Below the pieces are notes generated by a model. That model worked only from the letters and a program-made list of their open reading frames with translations. It ran no database searches and was not told the DNA's origin. From positions 124,001-188,000 of the IMG/VR virus record IMGVR_UViG_3300028920_000001: a stretch of DNA of 64,000 nucleotides. One strand, written 5' to 3'. Positions within the stretch are counted from its first letter, which is position 1; every line of letters starts with the position of its first letter. Shown one piece after another: positions 8,829-16,414 of this stretch. Made by a program: the position numbers and the translations under genes.

Positions 8829-9111
8829 TTAATTCATAACCCATATGTTCAAGCTCATCATAATCATGACGTTCAGAGTCTATATACGCTCCGTCTTCAT
8901 TTATTCCAATATATTGGAAATAATTTTCATATAAACGAAGAGCTGTACGTATTTTTCCAACTTCATTATGAATTCGAACATGGCATAACACTTTAGACGG
9001 AATACTTTTAAAAATCCTTAACGCATTATCATCTGAAATTAAAACAGTTTCAGATCCGTGCTTTCTAAGCTGATCTCGAACATATTGAAATTTTGTTTCT
9101 GCAAGATTCAT
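8797..9111 (-). CDS. hypothetical protein, variant C-terminal motif
   Basis: Ends IVDYIMEEDD*. Confidence 0.75.
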   Translation of the reverse strand: MNLAETKFQYVRDQLRKHGSETVLISDDNALRIFKSIPSKVLCHVRIHNEVGKIRTALRLYENYFQYIGINEDGAYIDSERHDYDELEHMGYELIVDYIMEEDD

Positions 9112-9419
9112 TAGCTATCCATTATCAAAGCTACCATAGTTTCTTTTGGACCAAGGACTTCAAAATCTGAGAACGGATACTGTTTACTTACATCTGCTCT
9201 CCATCTTTCCAATTCAGATGTAAGAAGCATCAAAGCTTCATTTTCATCTAAGAAAAACGTAGCATTATAAATGTTACCTACAAATTTCATTCCTGTATTC
9301 GATCGTGCAAAATATACTTGCGCGCTTGGTTCATAACCACCAATTACTTTCCATTTTCCATTATATTTAATTACATAACCATAACCTTCGTCATGGGCTT
9401 TAAAATGAGCATCAGACAT
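9111..9419 (-). CDS. hypothetical protein, C-terminal motif
   Basis: Ends VLGPKETMVALIMDS*. Confidence 0.8.
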   Translation of the reverse strand: MSDAHFKAHDEGYGYVIKYNGKWKVIGGYEPSAQVYFARSNTGMKFVGNIYNATFFLDENEALMLLTSELERWRADVSKQYPFSDFEVLGPKETMVALIMDS

Positions 9420-9658
9420 TATGATTCCATCAATCTGGCTATCATAACCTCTGCTGGGTTTAAAATAGTGAAATCTGAACGTATACTATCTTCGTCAACT
9501 AACGCATCCTCAATAATTCTTTCACACACAAATTGGCTAGAAAATAAAGCTGCTTTAGCAATTTCATTTATATAATTCTCAGCAGCTCTATAACTATGTG
9601 TAAAATAACCTAGATCTTTATGCCTAATCACCCACTTATCACCCCAATTACACATCAC
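9419..9658 (-). CDS. hypothetical protein, C-terminal motif
   Basis: Ends ILNPAEVMIARLMES*. Confidence 0.8.
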   Translation of the reverse strand: MMCNWGDKWVIRHKDLGYFTHSYRAAENYINEIAKAALFSSQFVCERIIEDALVDEDSIRSDFTILNPAEVMIARLMES

Positions 9659-9921
9659 GACTCCATTACCGAAAGTAATAACACCTTTTCAGGAGCATAA
9701 ATCTCAAAATCGTTAGCAAGTAATCGTAGATTCCGTGACTTATACCATTTAATAGCTTGCTGAGCTTCTACATAGGACGAATAATGAGTAGCATCTTCAA
9801 TTCTGGGCACTAGGAAAAAAGTGCCGGTAGCATTATGACCAAAGTACCCATCATACCCATCTCCGTCAAAATAAACAATATAACCTATACCAATTTCCAT
9901 TTTATCAAATTTTAAGCCCAT
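9655..9921 (-). CDS. hypothetical protein, C-terminal motif
   Basis: Ends IYAPEKVLLLSVMES*; ORF-track start lies inside tRNA-Thr so moved to the first downstream ATG. Confidence 0.75.
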   Translation of the reverse strand: MGLKFDKMEIGIGYIVYFDGDGYDGYFGHNATGTFFLVPRIEDATHYSSYVEAQQAIKWYKSRNLRLLANDFEIYAPEKVLLLSVMES

Positions 9922-9937
9922 AGTGTAATTTACATAG

Positions 9938-10008
9938 AGCCACCCCAGAGAATCGAACTCCAATCAGTTGTTTACGAAACAACTGCTCTACCATTGAGCT
10001 ACGGTGGC
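9938..10008 (-). tRNA. tRNA-Thr(CGT)
   Basis: Cloverleaf; GTTGT-TTCGTAA-ACAAC; G7.G66 mismatch; 3' T-CTA. Confidence 0.88.
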
Positions 10009-10012
10009 ATAG

Positions 10013-10084
10013 CGCCCCTGAAGAGAATCGAACTCTCCTCGTCTGATCGACAGTCAGATAGCCTCACCAGATGCTTACAGGGGC
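10013..10084 (-). tRNA. tRNA-Asp(GTC)
   Basis: Cloverleaf; TCTGA-CTGTCGA-TCAGA; 3' G-CTA. Confidence 0.9.
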
Positions 10085-10746
10085 ATATTTAAAGCTTGTT
10101 GTTTAGCCCAGTATCCGACAGGAGGGGTTTTGATTCCTCGCTTGTCGCAACGTTTCTTAATGGCTTTGTCAGAAACGCCAAATTTCTTAGCCAACGTGGT
10201 GACAGGTGTTTTCCAAATTAATTTTGCCAATTGGACGTCAGATGGCCACTTAGTCTTTTCAGTAATATGATCAATATTGTGATTAAATTTCTTAGCCATC
10301 TTTTTATAACATTGTCTACTACAAAATGGATATTTAAGGTTTTTCTTATGAGATCTCTTAAACTGTTTTCCACAATTACTGCAAGTTAACTCTTCAGCTT
10401 CTTGCCTTCTATATTTTTCTATCTTCATACGTTGTTTTTCTATTAGTTTTTGTCGAAGCTCGTCATGAATTTCTCTATGACAATTGGCGCAAACCAATTC
10501 ACATTTATCCAATTCTTTTTTAATTCTCTCAAATGATCTAGAATCTCCTTTAGAAATCCTAAGTTCCTTCTTAGTTGGATCTCTATGATGAAAATCAAGA
10601 GCTACTAGACACTTACAATATCCACATCGTTCACATTTACCACCTTTATACTGAACTGCCCTTTCTTTAATTTTTCTTCGATGTTCAGCTACTCGTAGTC
10701 TAGCCAGTTCTTGCTTTAGTTTTAAATCCATACTAAATTTAACCAC
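10075..10746 (-). CDS. HNH endonuclease with Zn-finger and HTH tail
   Basis: Paralog of 6679..7230 (ALDFHH...CELVCANCHREIH; GVSDKAIKKR); stop overlaps tRNA-Asp 5' end. Confidence 0.88.
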   Translation of the reverse strand: MVKFSMDLKLKQELARLRVAEHRRKIKERAVQYKGGKCERCGYCKCLVALDFHHRDPTKKELRISKGDSRSFERIKKELDKCELVCANCHREIHDELRQKLIEKQRMKIEKYRRQEAEELTCSNCGKQFKRSHKKNLKYPFCSRQCYKKMAKKFNHNIDHITEKTKWPSDVQLAKLIWKTPVTTLAKKFGVSDKAIKKRCDKRGIKTPPVGYWAKQQALNMPL

Positions 10747-10779
10747 AAAATCGAACTTGTGTCAATTTTGCATTACAGG

Positions 10780-10852
10780 CCCCGAGGGAAGGATTCGAAC
10801 CCTCAATCAAACGGGTAACAACCGTCCGGCTTGCCAATTTGCCTACCTCGGG
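10780..10852 (-). tRNA. tRNA-Asn(GTT) copy 1
   Basis: Cloverleaf; GACGG-TTGTTAC-CCGTT. Confidence 0.88.
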
Positions 10853-10861
10853 AAAATTTGA

Positions 10862-10933
10862 AGGCCCCTCTCAGAATTGCACTGAGGACCCGCAGGTTAA
10901 CGGCCTGCCGCTCTGCTGCTGAGCTAAGGAGCC
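10862..10933 (-). tRNA. tRNA-Asn(GTT) copy 2, atypical T-loop
   Basis: GCAGG-CCGTTAA-CCTGC; T-loop TGCAATT; D-loop lacks GG. Confidence 0.75.
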
Positions 10934-10938
10934 ACTAT

Positions 10939-10967
10939 ATTCTTGACGTGAGTTCACGTCAAAAGAA
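10939..10967. terminator. hairpin upstream of tRNA-Asn cluster
   Basis: TTGACGTG-AGTT-CACGTCAA inverted repeat. Confidence 0.35.
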
Positions 10968-11019
10968 TCGTTTGTTTAATGATAAATTGATAAAATTATG
11001 CAGTCTTGAATGGGTTCTT

Positions 11020-11238
11020 TCATGTTTTCATCACCATATCAATAGTTATTTTTCCTTGAGTTTCTTCACAAGTTTCAGGACAAGGCTCACCGCCATGCAC
11101 TGGATGATAAGGTTCTTCTACCATGTAGCGTATTTGATTCTCATCGTCTCTGAGTTGCATAGTCAGCACACCACAATGCTCACATGTTGCAACTATAACT
11201 TTAGAAGTTCTTCTGATTGTTTTCCATTTGTGTTTCAT
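11020..11238 (-). CDS. small HxW/CxxC zinc protein, C-terminal motif
   Basis: MKHKW...CEHCG...C; ends TIDMVMKT*. Confidence 0.8.
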   Translation of the reverse strand: MKHKWKTIRRTSKVIVATCEHCGVLTMQLRDDENQIRYMVEEPYHPVHGGEPCPETCEETQGKITIDMVMKT

Positions 11239-11471
11239 AACGTCATGATTCGCTTAACTAATTCTTCGTCACAGTCAAGCGAAACTTTATATAAATCTAA
11301 TTCATCATCTGTGGGTGGAAAACAAGTATATTTCTCCCCACTGACATGATATCGACTTGTGACAAAATTACCACCACACCTATTACATCCAAATTTAATC
11401 TTCATCCAATGTGGAGCATGAGCTTCATCTGGTGGAATTTCTCGAGGCTGTCTCTTCCAATCATGGTTCAT
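11235..11471 (-). CDS. small HxW/CxxC zinc protein, C-terminal motif
   Basis: MNHDW...CNRCG...DC; ends LVKRIMTL*. Confidence 0.8.
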   Translation of the reverse strand: MNHDWKRQPREIPPDEAHAPHWMKIKFGCNRCGGNFVTSRYHVSGEKYTCFPPTDDELDLYKVSLDCDEELVKRIMTL

Positions 11472-11662
11472 TTTGTAATAATTTTCTTAGGGGTCTTTGT
11501 GGTCACTTCCGCTATCTCATCCAGTATTCTAAATATCTCCGCATCTTCATTAGCTTGGGCTTCTGCTTTAAATAAACAAGATGCACAGATTCTTTTAGAT
11601 TTATCCTGTGGATTTGAGGTAAATCTGGTAAACCCATGGATTGGACAATATTGTGAACTCAT
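11468..11662 (-). CDS. small CxxHG/CxxC protein
   Basis: YCPIHG...ICASC; paralog of 11659..11841. Confidence 0.75.
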   Translation of the reverse strand: MSSQYCPIHGFTRFTSNPQDKSKRICASCLFKAEAQANEDAEIFRILDEIAEVTTKTPKKIITK

Positions 11663-11841
11663 CGGGTCATGATTTTCTTTATAAGTGAAGTTTTGGTTTG
11701 CATTGAAACAGCCAAACAGACTACACAGATTGGATCAGTATACAGTGGCTTTTCATCAATTGATTGTGGAAGCCGAACATGCTTAGTGTTCCCATGTTTT
11801 TGACAATAACGAATACCAACAGATTTCAGTCTGGCAGTCAT
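11659..11841 (-). CDS. small CxxHG/CxxC protein, C-terminal motif
   Basis: YCQKHG...ICVVC; ends LIKKIMTR*. Confidence 0.75.
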   Translation of the reverse strand: MTARLKSVGIRYCQKHGNTKHVRLPQSIDEKPLYTDPICVVCLAVSMQTKTSLIKKIMTR

Positions 11842-12332
11842 AATTGCATAATGTCCTGAATAAACATACGCCGAAAGGCATCAAGTAAAAGCTCAGCAGT
11901 TAAATCTATCAATTGGCAATCAATCGGAACTACGGTATCTCTGAACTCCGAACTAGAACACCAATAATACCGTTTAAAAAATTCACGCTGGCGATTCAAT
12001 AAAGTTTGGCGGCAGTATTCCTCAAGAAAGAAATATGGTCCCAGTCCAATCCGGCCACGGTCATATTCGAATTGAAATTTAATTAGTCTACCATTCCAGT
12101 CATCCCCGATTATCACTCGATCTCCATCATACGACCCTGCCATCATGGCCTTCGTCTTTTCAAAAAACGGGTCACTGATGGAAAGGAAACGGATACGTTG
12201 GATGATCTTCTTTAGTCTTGGGATAGCTTCTTCCTCATGGAAGATGAGCCATTCCTCCGGGTCCGGTCGAACAATTTTTCCCATGATTGCCTCGATAAGT
12301 GAGACAAACAGGGGGACCTCGGCATAGATCAA
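11838..12332 (-). CDS. hypothetical protein, C-terminal motif
   Basis: Ends FIQDIMQL*. Confidence 0.75.
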   Translation of the reverse strand: MIYAEVPLFVSLIEAIMGKIVRPDPEEWLIFHEEEAIPRLKKIIQRIRFLSISDPFFEKTKAMMAGSYDGDRVIIGDDWNGRLIKFQFEYDRGRIGLGPYFFLEEYCRQTLLNRQREFFKRYYWCSSSEFRDTVVPIDCQLIDLTAELLLDAFRRMFIQDIMQL

Positions 12333-12353
12333 TCATCACCTTGAATTATACAA

Positions 12354-12977
12354 TCAAGCTCTAGATTTCCAGATTTCAATAATATTAGAATGATATCTCT
12401 CTAGACGATTCCCTAAAGATTCGGAATGTGGTTTTTGCTTTGGCTGAAGATGGACAGCATCTTCACCTAAATAGCAAAGATAATCTGCAATCATACTTCG
12501 ATGGCACTTCCACCATAAGCATTCACAGCACATGATTCCAAGATGCTGAGATTTGGATCGTTCAATCAATTTATCGATCCCATCCAAAAATTCTGGCAGA
12601 GTCATAAACCAACTATAGTCCCACAAGCCCTGATTCCACCAATAAGGCTGATCAGATGGTTGATTATTCTTACCTATCCGTTGTTTAGGGAATTTTCCAT
12701 TGGAATAAGCTCGAACATCAACTAGATGAGCTTCCATCTGATCAGCTAAATAAAGATGCTGATTATTCCATCCACCTAATTCAGGCCAGAATTCATAATT
12801 GATATTGGCTTCAGGAAGCCAATACTCGAGCTCCGCTTTTTTAAATTGATCCCAACGGCTAGTTGGATGTGATCTCACATCAACAATTACCTCAATCGGT
12901 TCAGCTAACTTGAGGAATTCGTCTTTTTCTAGCTTAGAATGTCCTATTGTATAAATCATATTTCCATCACCAACCAA
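12354..12977 (-). CDS. DUF488 family protein
   Basis: IYTIGHS, DVRSHP.SR, MCCECLWWKCHR motifs; start likely MIYTIG (~12959). Confidence 0.85.
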   Translation of the reverse strand: MVGDGNMIYTIGHSKLEKDEFLKLAEPIEVIVDVRSHPTSRWDQFKKAELEYWLPEANINYEFWPELGGWNNQHLYLADQMEAHLVDVRAYSNGKFPKQRIGKNNQPSDQPYWWNQGLWDYSWFMTLPEFLDGIDKLIERSKSQHLGIMCCECLWWKCHRSMIADYLCYLGEDAVHLQPKQKPHSESLGNRLERYHSNIIEIWKSRA

Positions 12978-13270
12978 ACCAAAAGATCTGGTTCTAAATC
13001 AGAATCTAATCTACTGGACCAGCCCATCAAGCGACTATCTAGATAATCTCCACCGCCTTGTTCATATACCCTAATTTTAGCTTGATAGCCTACTTTAGGT
13101 AAGTGGCTAATACGATCTCCATAGACTCGATACTGACCCTCCATAGTAATCACGTCCGCTGTAACCCAGTCAAGAGTGTCTATATCTTTGAAATTTATTA
13201 TGATCCCTCGTAATTCTTGATACCTTCCAACTCTATCAGCTGGATATTCAAGATTAGGATCAAAAATCAT
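12956..13270 (-). CDS. hypothetical protein, C-terminal motif
   Basis: Ends LVWLVMEI*. Confidence 0.75.
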   Translation of the reverse strand: MIFDPNLEYPADRVGRYQELRGIIINFKDIDTLDWVTADVITMEGQYRVYGDRISHLPKVGYQAKIRVYEQGGGDYLDSRLMGWSSRLDSDLEPDLLVWLVMEI

Positions 13271-13479
13271 TATTCCTCCATAAATCTAGCTATCTGACCA
13301 AGTATACATTCTTCTTCAGTGTGAAATCTTGAAATCACGAAACAACCACAATAAATGCATTCCGATAGATATTTAGTCGTTTCAGGTCCGAGAATTCCAT
13401 CGGGTTTAATACCAACTTTATGCTGATATCCTGCAGTTATTCCTGCTCTTACATCATCTAAATAAGTAACATAACTCAC
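13270..13479 (-). CDS. small protein with peptidoglycan-binding-like segment, C-terminal motif
   Basis: YQHKVGIKPDGILGPET resembles PG-binding repeat; CIYC; ends QIARFMEE*; start moved out of tRNA-like gene to GTG 13479. Confidence 0.6.
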   Translation of the reverse strand: MSYVTYLDDVRAGITAGYQHKVGIKPDGILGPETTKYLSECIYCGCFVISRFHTEEECILGQIARFMEE

Positions 13480-13496
13480 GATTGAATTTACATTAG

Positions 13497-13682
13497 TACC
13501 CCGGACGGGAATCGAACCCGCTCCGCACCCGTGGTAGGGCACAACCCGTGGCCTTCAAGGCGATCAACTCTCTATCTCCAGCGGGCAAAGACCACGCTAT
13601 CCGACATTTACAGGTGAACTCGAGCTCATCTGTAAAAGCCGTTTAACCTGACCTAAAGCTCTGACCGTTAAGCTACCGAGGT
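13497..13682 (-). ncRNA. tRNA-like RNA with ~125-nt structured insertion replacing the anticodon loop
   Basis: Acceptor ACCTCGG/CCGGGGT-A, D-arm GCTT-AACGGTCA-GAGC, T-arm GCGGG-TTCGATT-CCCGT; 186 nt. Confidence 0.75.
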
Positions 13683-13685
13683 ATT

Positions 13686-13761
13686 TGGCACCCCACAGGA
13701 GACTTGAACTCCTATCTTGTGATCGAGAATCACAAATCCTGAGCCATTAGACGAGTGGGGC
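13686..13761 (-). tRNA. tRNA-Glu(CTC)
   Basis: Cloverleaf; TGTGA-TTCTCGA-TCACA; encoded CCA. Confidence 0.92.
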
Positions 13762-13776
13762 ATTGTAAAATCTTGT

Positions 13777-14133
13777 ATGTATGATCTTCGTATTCAAGTA
13801 ACTTTAAAAAGAACAGGTGAAAAACCCAAAACTAGAACTTTCAAAGGAAATAGCGCTAAAAGATTAACTGAGGTTTTGAAAGAAATCGTAGATAATGAAG
13901 ATAAACTTCAATCTGATCCTGATCGACTAAAATCATGGCGAGATGGACATAAATTCAAAAAATTGAAGGAAATTGGAGAAAAAGAATACTACCAGTGTCG
14001 ACAGTGCCAAGCCGAAGTAAATTTCCCTAAGAACTTTAATGATTTCCAAAGACGATTGACTTTAGCATTTCATCATATGCGTACTTGTGCGGAGTGGATG
14101 AGTTCAACCGTAAGTAAAGTGATGGAAAGCTGA
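13777..14133 (+). CDS. hypothetical protein, C-terminal motif
   Basis: CRQC...HxxxC; ends TVSKVMES*. Confidence 0.8.
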   Translation: MYDLRIQVTLKRTGEKPKTRTFKGNSAKRLTEVLKEIVDNEDKLQSDPDRLKSWRDGHKFKKLKEIGEKEYYQCRQCQAEVNFPKNFNDFQRRLTLAFHHMRTCAEWMSSTVSKVMES

Positions 14134-14558
14134 TGTCTGAAAATTTCGATTTATGGCCCGAATTCGGGGAAACTGTTCTCAATGATGTAAATCTAGAAGT
14201 CGTTCCTAGAATGACGCTACCTTGTCCAGAATGCCTGAAATCCGTTGAATGGAAAAACATGAGAGCGATTTTGAATCGTTCTAATAATCAAACTGTCATC
14301 AGAGTGTGTTGCAAAGGATGTATCGCACAAAATCCGCCTCTTGATCAGACTGCACTTTCCGATGACATCAATTGGATTAGTAGATACCAATCTGATAATT
14401 ATCGAATTATAAATGCAGATCAAATTACCAAGCTCGCTATTTTAGCTAAGGAAAGACAAATCCGGACTTTAGCCACCGAACTTCTTCAGAAGGTTAGTCC
14501 TGATCAACTAAAATTTGTTATTGATCAAGCAATTGTTGAGTCAATCATGAAATCTTAG
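14133..14558 (+). CDS. hypothetical protein, C-terminal motif
   Basis: CPEC, CKGC; ends IVESIMKS*. Confidence 0.8.
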   Translation: MSENFDLWPEFGETVLNDVNLEVVPRMTLPCPECLKSVEWKNMRAILNRSNNQTVIRVCCKGCIAQNPPLDQTALSDDINWISRYQSDNYRIINADQITKLAILAKERQIRTLATELLQKVSPDQLKFVIDQAIVESIMKS

Positions 14559-14648
14559 CTAAACCAGTGATGGAAAGTTAATCATCCCAGGTGGCGAATA
14601 GTATTAAAAAAGCCATTACTATTAACAGAATTAACACAATCCACAATT

Positions 14649-14870
14649 TTAACTTTTCATAATACTTTCGACGATGGCTTCTTCATACACTTCATTAAAT
14701 AAATCTCGAGTTTTTTCTAATGAAAGACCTTGTTTTTTCATTTCTTTTAAAAATGCACGAACTCGAATTTTAGCAATTGAATCTAATTGATCCAGTATGG
14801 TCTTTAAATCATCACCATCCGGCAATTCTTCAGGACTGCCGTCCCAGGGAGAAAATTCTTGTATGGCCAT
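14649..14870 (-). CDS. hypothetical protein, C-terminal motif
   Basis: Ends EAIVESIMKS* (same last 9 aa as convergent 14133..14558, different codons). Confidence 0.8.
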   Translation of the reverse strand: MAIQEFSPWDGSPEELPDGDDLKTILDQLDSIAKIRVRAFLKEMKKQGLSLEKTRDLFNEVYEEAIVESIMKS

Positions 14871-15391
14871 CAGGCTTCCATGACCTTATAAACAATTACT
14901 AGATTCCGAGCTTCTGGCCATTGCATGATTTTGAATTTACGATCATCAATAATCTGCATAGCCTGTGCTAAATTATAAGTCTGCTTTTTCCCGATACAAT
15001 GGGAGGAATTACCAATCACTACTTCAAAAGTCGCGATCTGAGGAACTTCATTATGAGCCACTTCGAGTGCCTTTTCCGCATTTAAAACAAAATGAGCAGC
15101 TTGCTCAGCAGTAAAATATCCGGATTGAAGAGCTGCTTCCAAAACTTGTTGAACGAATTGTTGTTGATTACTCCATCCTAAAATATCTTCATAGTCACGT
15201 TTGTTCATGAAAATCTTTGAAGCTTTTAAATCAGAATTGTAGACCTGTTGCAAAACGGAATTTAAATCAGAAGTAATACCCATGTTGCATTTTACAGCAA
15301 AATCAACGAGAGGAGTGGATGCCCTGCTACGCACAGACCGTTTCTCTCCCCATTGAGAGGCGTATTCCAATACGAACTTTTCGGCGTACAA
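14870..15391 (-). CDS. hypothetical protein, C-terminal motif
   Basis: Ends IVYKVMEA*; start uncertain (TTG). Confidence 0.7.
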   Translation of the reverse strand: MYAEKFVLEYASQWGEKRSVRSRASTPLVDFAVKCNMGITSDLNSVLQQVYNSDLKASKIFMNKRDYEDILGWSNQQQFVQQVLEAALQSGYFTAEQAAHFVLNAEKALEVAHNEVPQIATFEVVIGNSSHCIGKKQTYNLAQAMQIIDDRKFKIMQWPEARNLVIVYKVMEA

Positions 15392-15483
15392 CCCTTAGGA
15401 GGCGGTACTTAGATGCCGTGGGCATCCACCCCAAGTCGCAGTCAAGTTGTCAATGAGCGGGCCCCCGAAGGAACCGTTCGCAG

Positions 15484-15554
15484 CACCGGGTGAAGGAATC
15501 GAACCCTCCTTTGCAGAACCAGAATCTGCCGCCTTACCACTGGGCTAACCCGGT
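15484..15554 (-). tRNA. tRNA-Gln(CTG)
   Basis: Cloverleaf; GCAGA-TTCTGGT-TCTGC. Confidence 0.88.
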
Positions 15555-15669
15555 ATGTTTGCACACTTCTCTATTGATCACCTCTCAGGTGTTGAACCAC
15601 AAACTCCCCGTAGACCGAGACCGGTCTTTGTTACTTCAGGTTGTTTTCGAGGTTACTTCATGTAACCGG

Positions 15670-15741
15670 TGGGTGAGGCGAGGATCGAACTCGCAATCGC
15701 TGGATTAAGAATCCAGAGCTTTACCATTTAGCTACTCACCC
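15670..15741 (-). tRNA. tRNA-Lys(CTT)
   Basis: Cloverleaf; CTGGA-TTCTTAA-TCCAG. Confidence 0.9.
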
Positions 15742-15750
15742 GGCCTTTAG

Positions 15751-15821
15751 TGGGTCCACCCGGATTCGAACCGAGATCTACCGGTTAAAGGCCGGCGGCT
15801 CTACCCTTGAGCTATAGACCC
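15751..15821 (-). tRNA. tRNA-Lys(TTT)
   Basis: Cloverleaf; GCCGG-CCTTTAA-CCGGT; 3' A-CTA. Confidence 0.9.
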
Positions 15822-15885
15822 TCTTTTCTCAAGCCAAGCTTGTGTTTGTGTTTTCGTTTCATTTGTTTTCCTTTTCCTTTCTTAG

Positions 15886-15972
15886 TGGTGCGCAGTGGAA
15901 TCGAACCACACAGCCAAAGGCAACGAGTTTACAGCCCGCCGGAAGCTTGCCGAGTCTCCCTAGTTACGCACC
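15886..15972 (-). tRNA. tRNA-Tyr(GTA), atypical fold
   Basis: GCGGG-CTGTAAA-CTCGT; long variable arm; possible 8-bp acceptor/4-bp T stem; 3' A-CTA. Confidence 0.8.
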
Positions 15973-16029
15973 GTGCAACAAACTGTGTGCGCGCGTGCGC
16001 TGCGGGATAGGTTATACGTTTTAGTGAGG

Positions 16030-16290
16030 TCATCGTTCTGTGTTCCAAAATGCTTGAGGCCGCCAGGAATTTCTTCCGGGCGGCCTCAGATCCTTTGCAG
16101 GTAAATCTTTTGGCCGCCCTTATGTATCCTCCTCCAGATTGGCTGCGGGCTGACGGCTTGAGGAGGTTCCTTCAATGGGATATTCGCCGCCACCCATGGC
16201 ACACAAAAACGCCGACACGACGGGCTGCTTATCCCGTTGCCAGGCTCTTGGTGTCGTATGTTTGGGGGCGAACATCGGAACTCTCTACTC
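16030..16290 (-). ncRNA. GC-rich structured RNA candidate upstream of tRNA cluster
   Basis: Several long stems, GCAA tetraloops, mutually exclusive GGCCGCC pairings; downstream of tandem promoters. Confidence 0.5.
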
Positions 16291-16334
16291 TCTTTCGATT
16301 ATTGTAGCACGTCTTTCTACTCTACGCAAGTTCA

Positions 16335-16362
16335 TTTTACACTGAAGCATAAAGAACTTACG
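16335..16362 (-). promoter_or_regulatory. phage promoter-like motif (tandem P2)
   Basis: CGTAAG-N13-AGTGTAAAA. Confidence 0.55.
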
Positions 16363-16373
16363 ATCTTACTCTA

Positions 16374-16401
16374 CCTTACAACGGACAACAGAAGACTTAC
16401 G
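16374..16401 (-). promoter_or_regulatory. phage promoter-like motif (tandem P1)
   Basis: CGTAAG-N13-GTTGTAAGG. Confidence 0.55.
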
Positions 16402-16414
16402 TTTGTTTCTATAC

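Noticed and set aside
6292-13641. 40-nt hairpin arms as promoters (they contain TGTAAAT, the upstream box)
   Set aside because: No YGTA block at the required spacing, and two copies alter the box while preserving pairing.
13497-13682. Classical group I or BHB intron in a tRNA
   Set aside because: The insert of about 125 nt is short, no P7/R/S elements or bulge-helix-bulge were seen, and no excision yields a 7-nt anticodon loop; kept as a tRNA-like ncRNA instead.
16213-16256. SRP (4.5S) RNA helix 8 (CCTG-GCAA-CGGG...AGCAGCC)
   Set aside because: Partial resemblance only; the symmetric-loop 5' strand (CAGG) is not in the expected position. An Infernal search would settle it.
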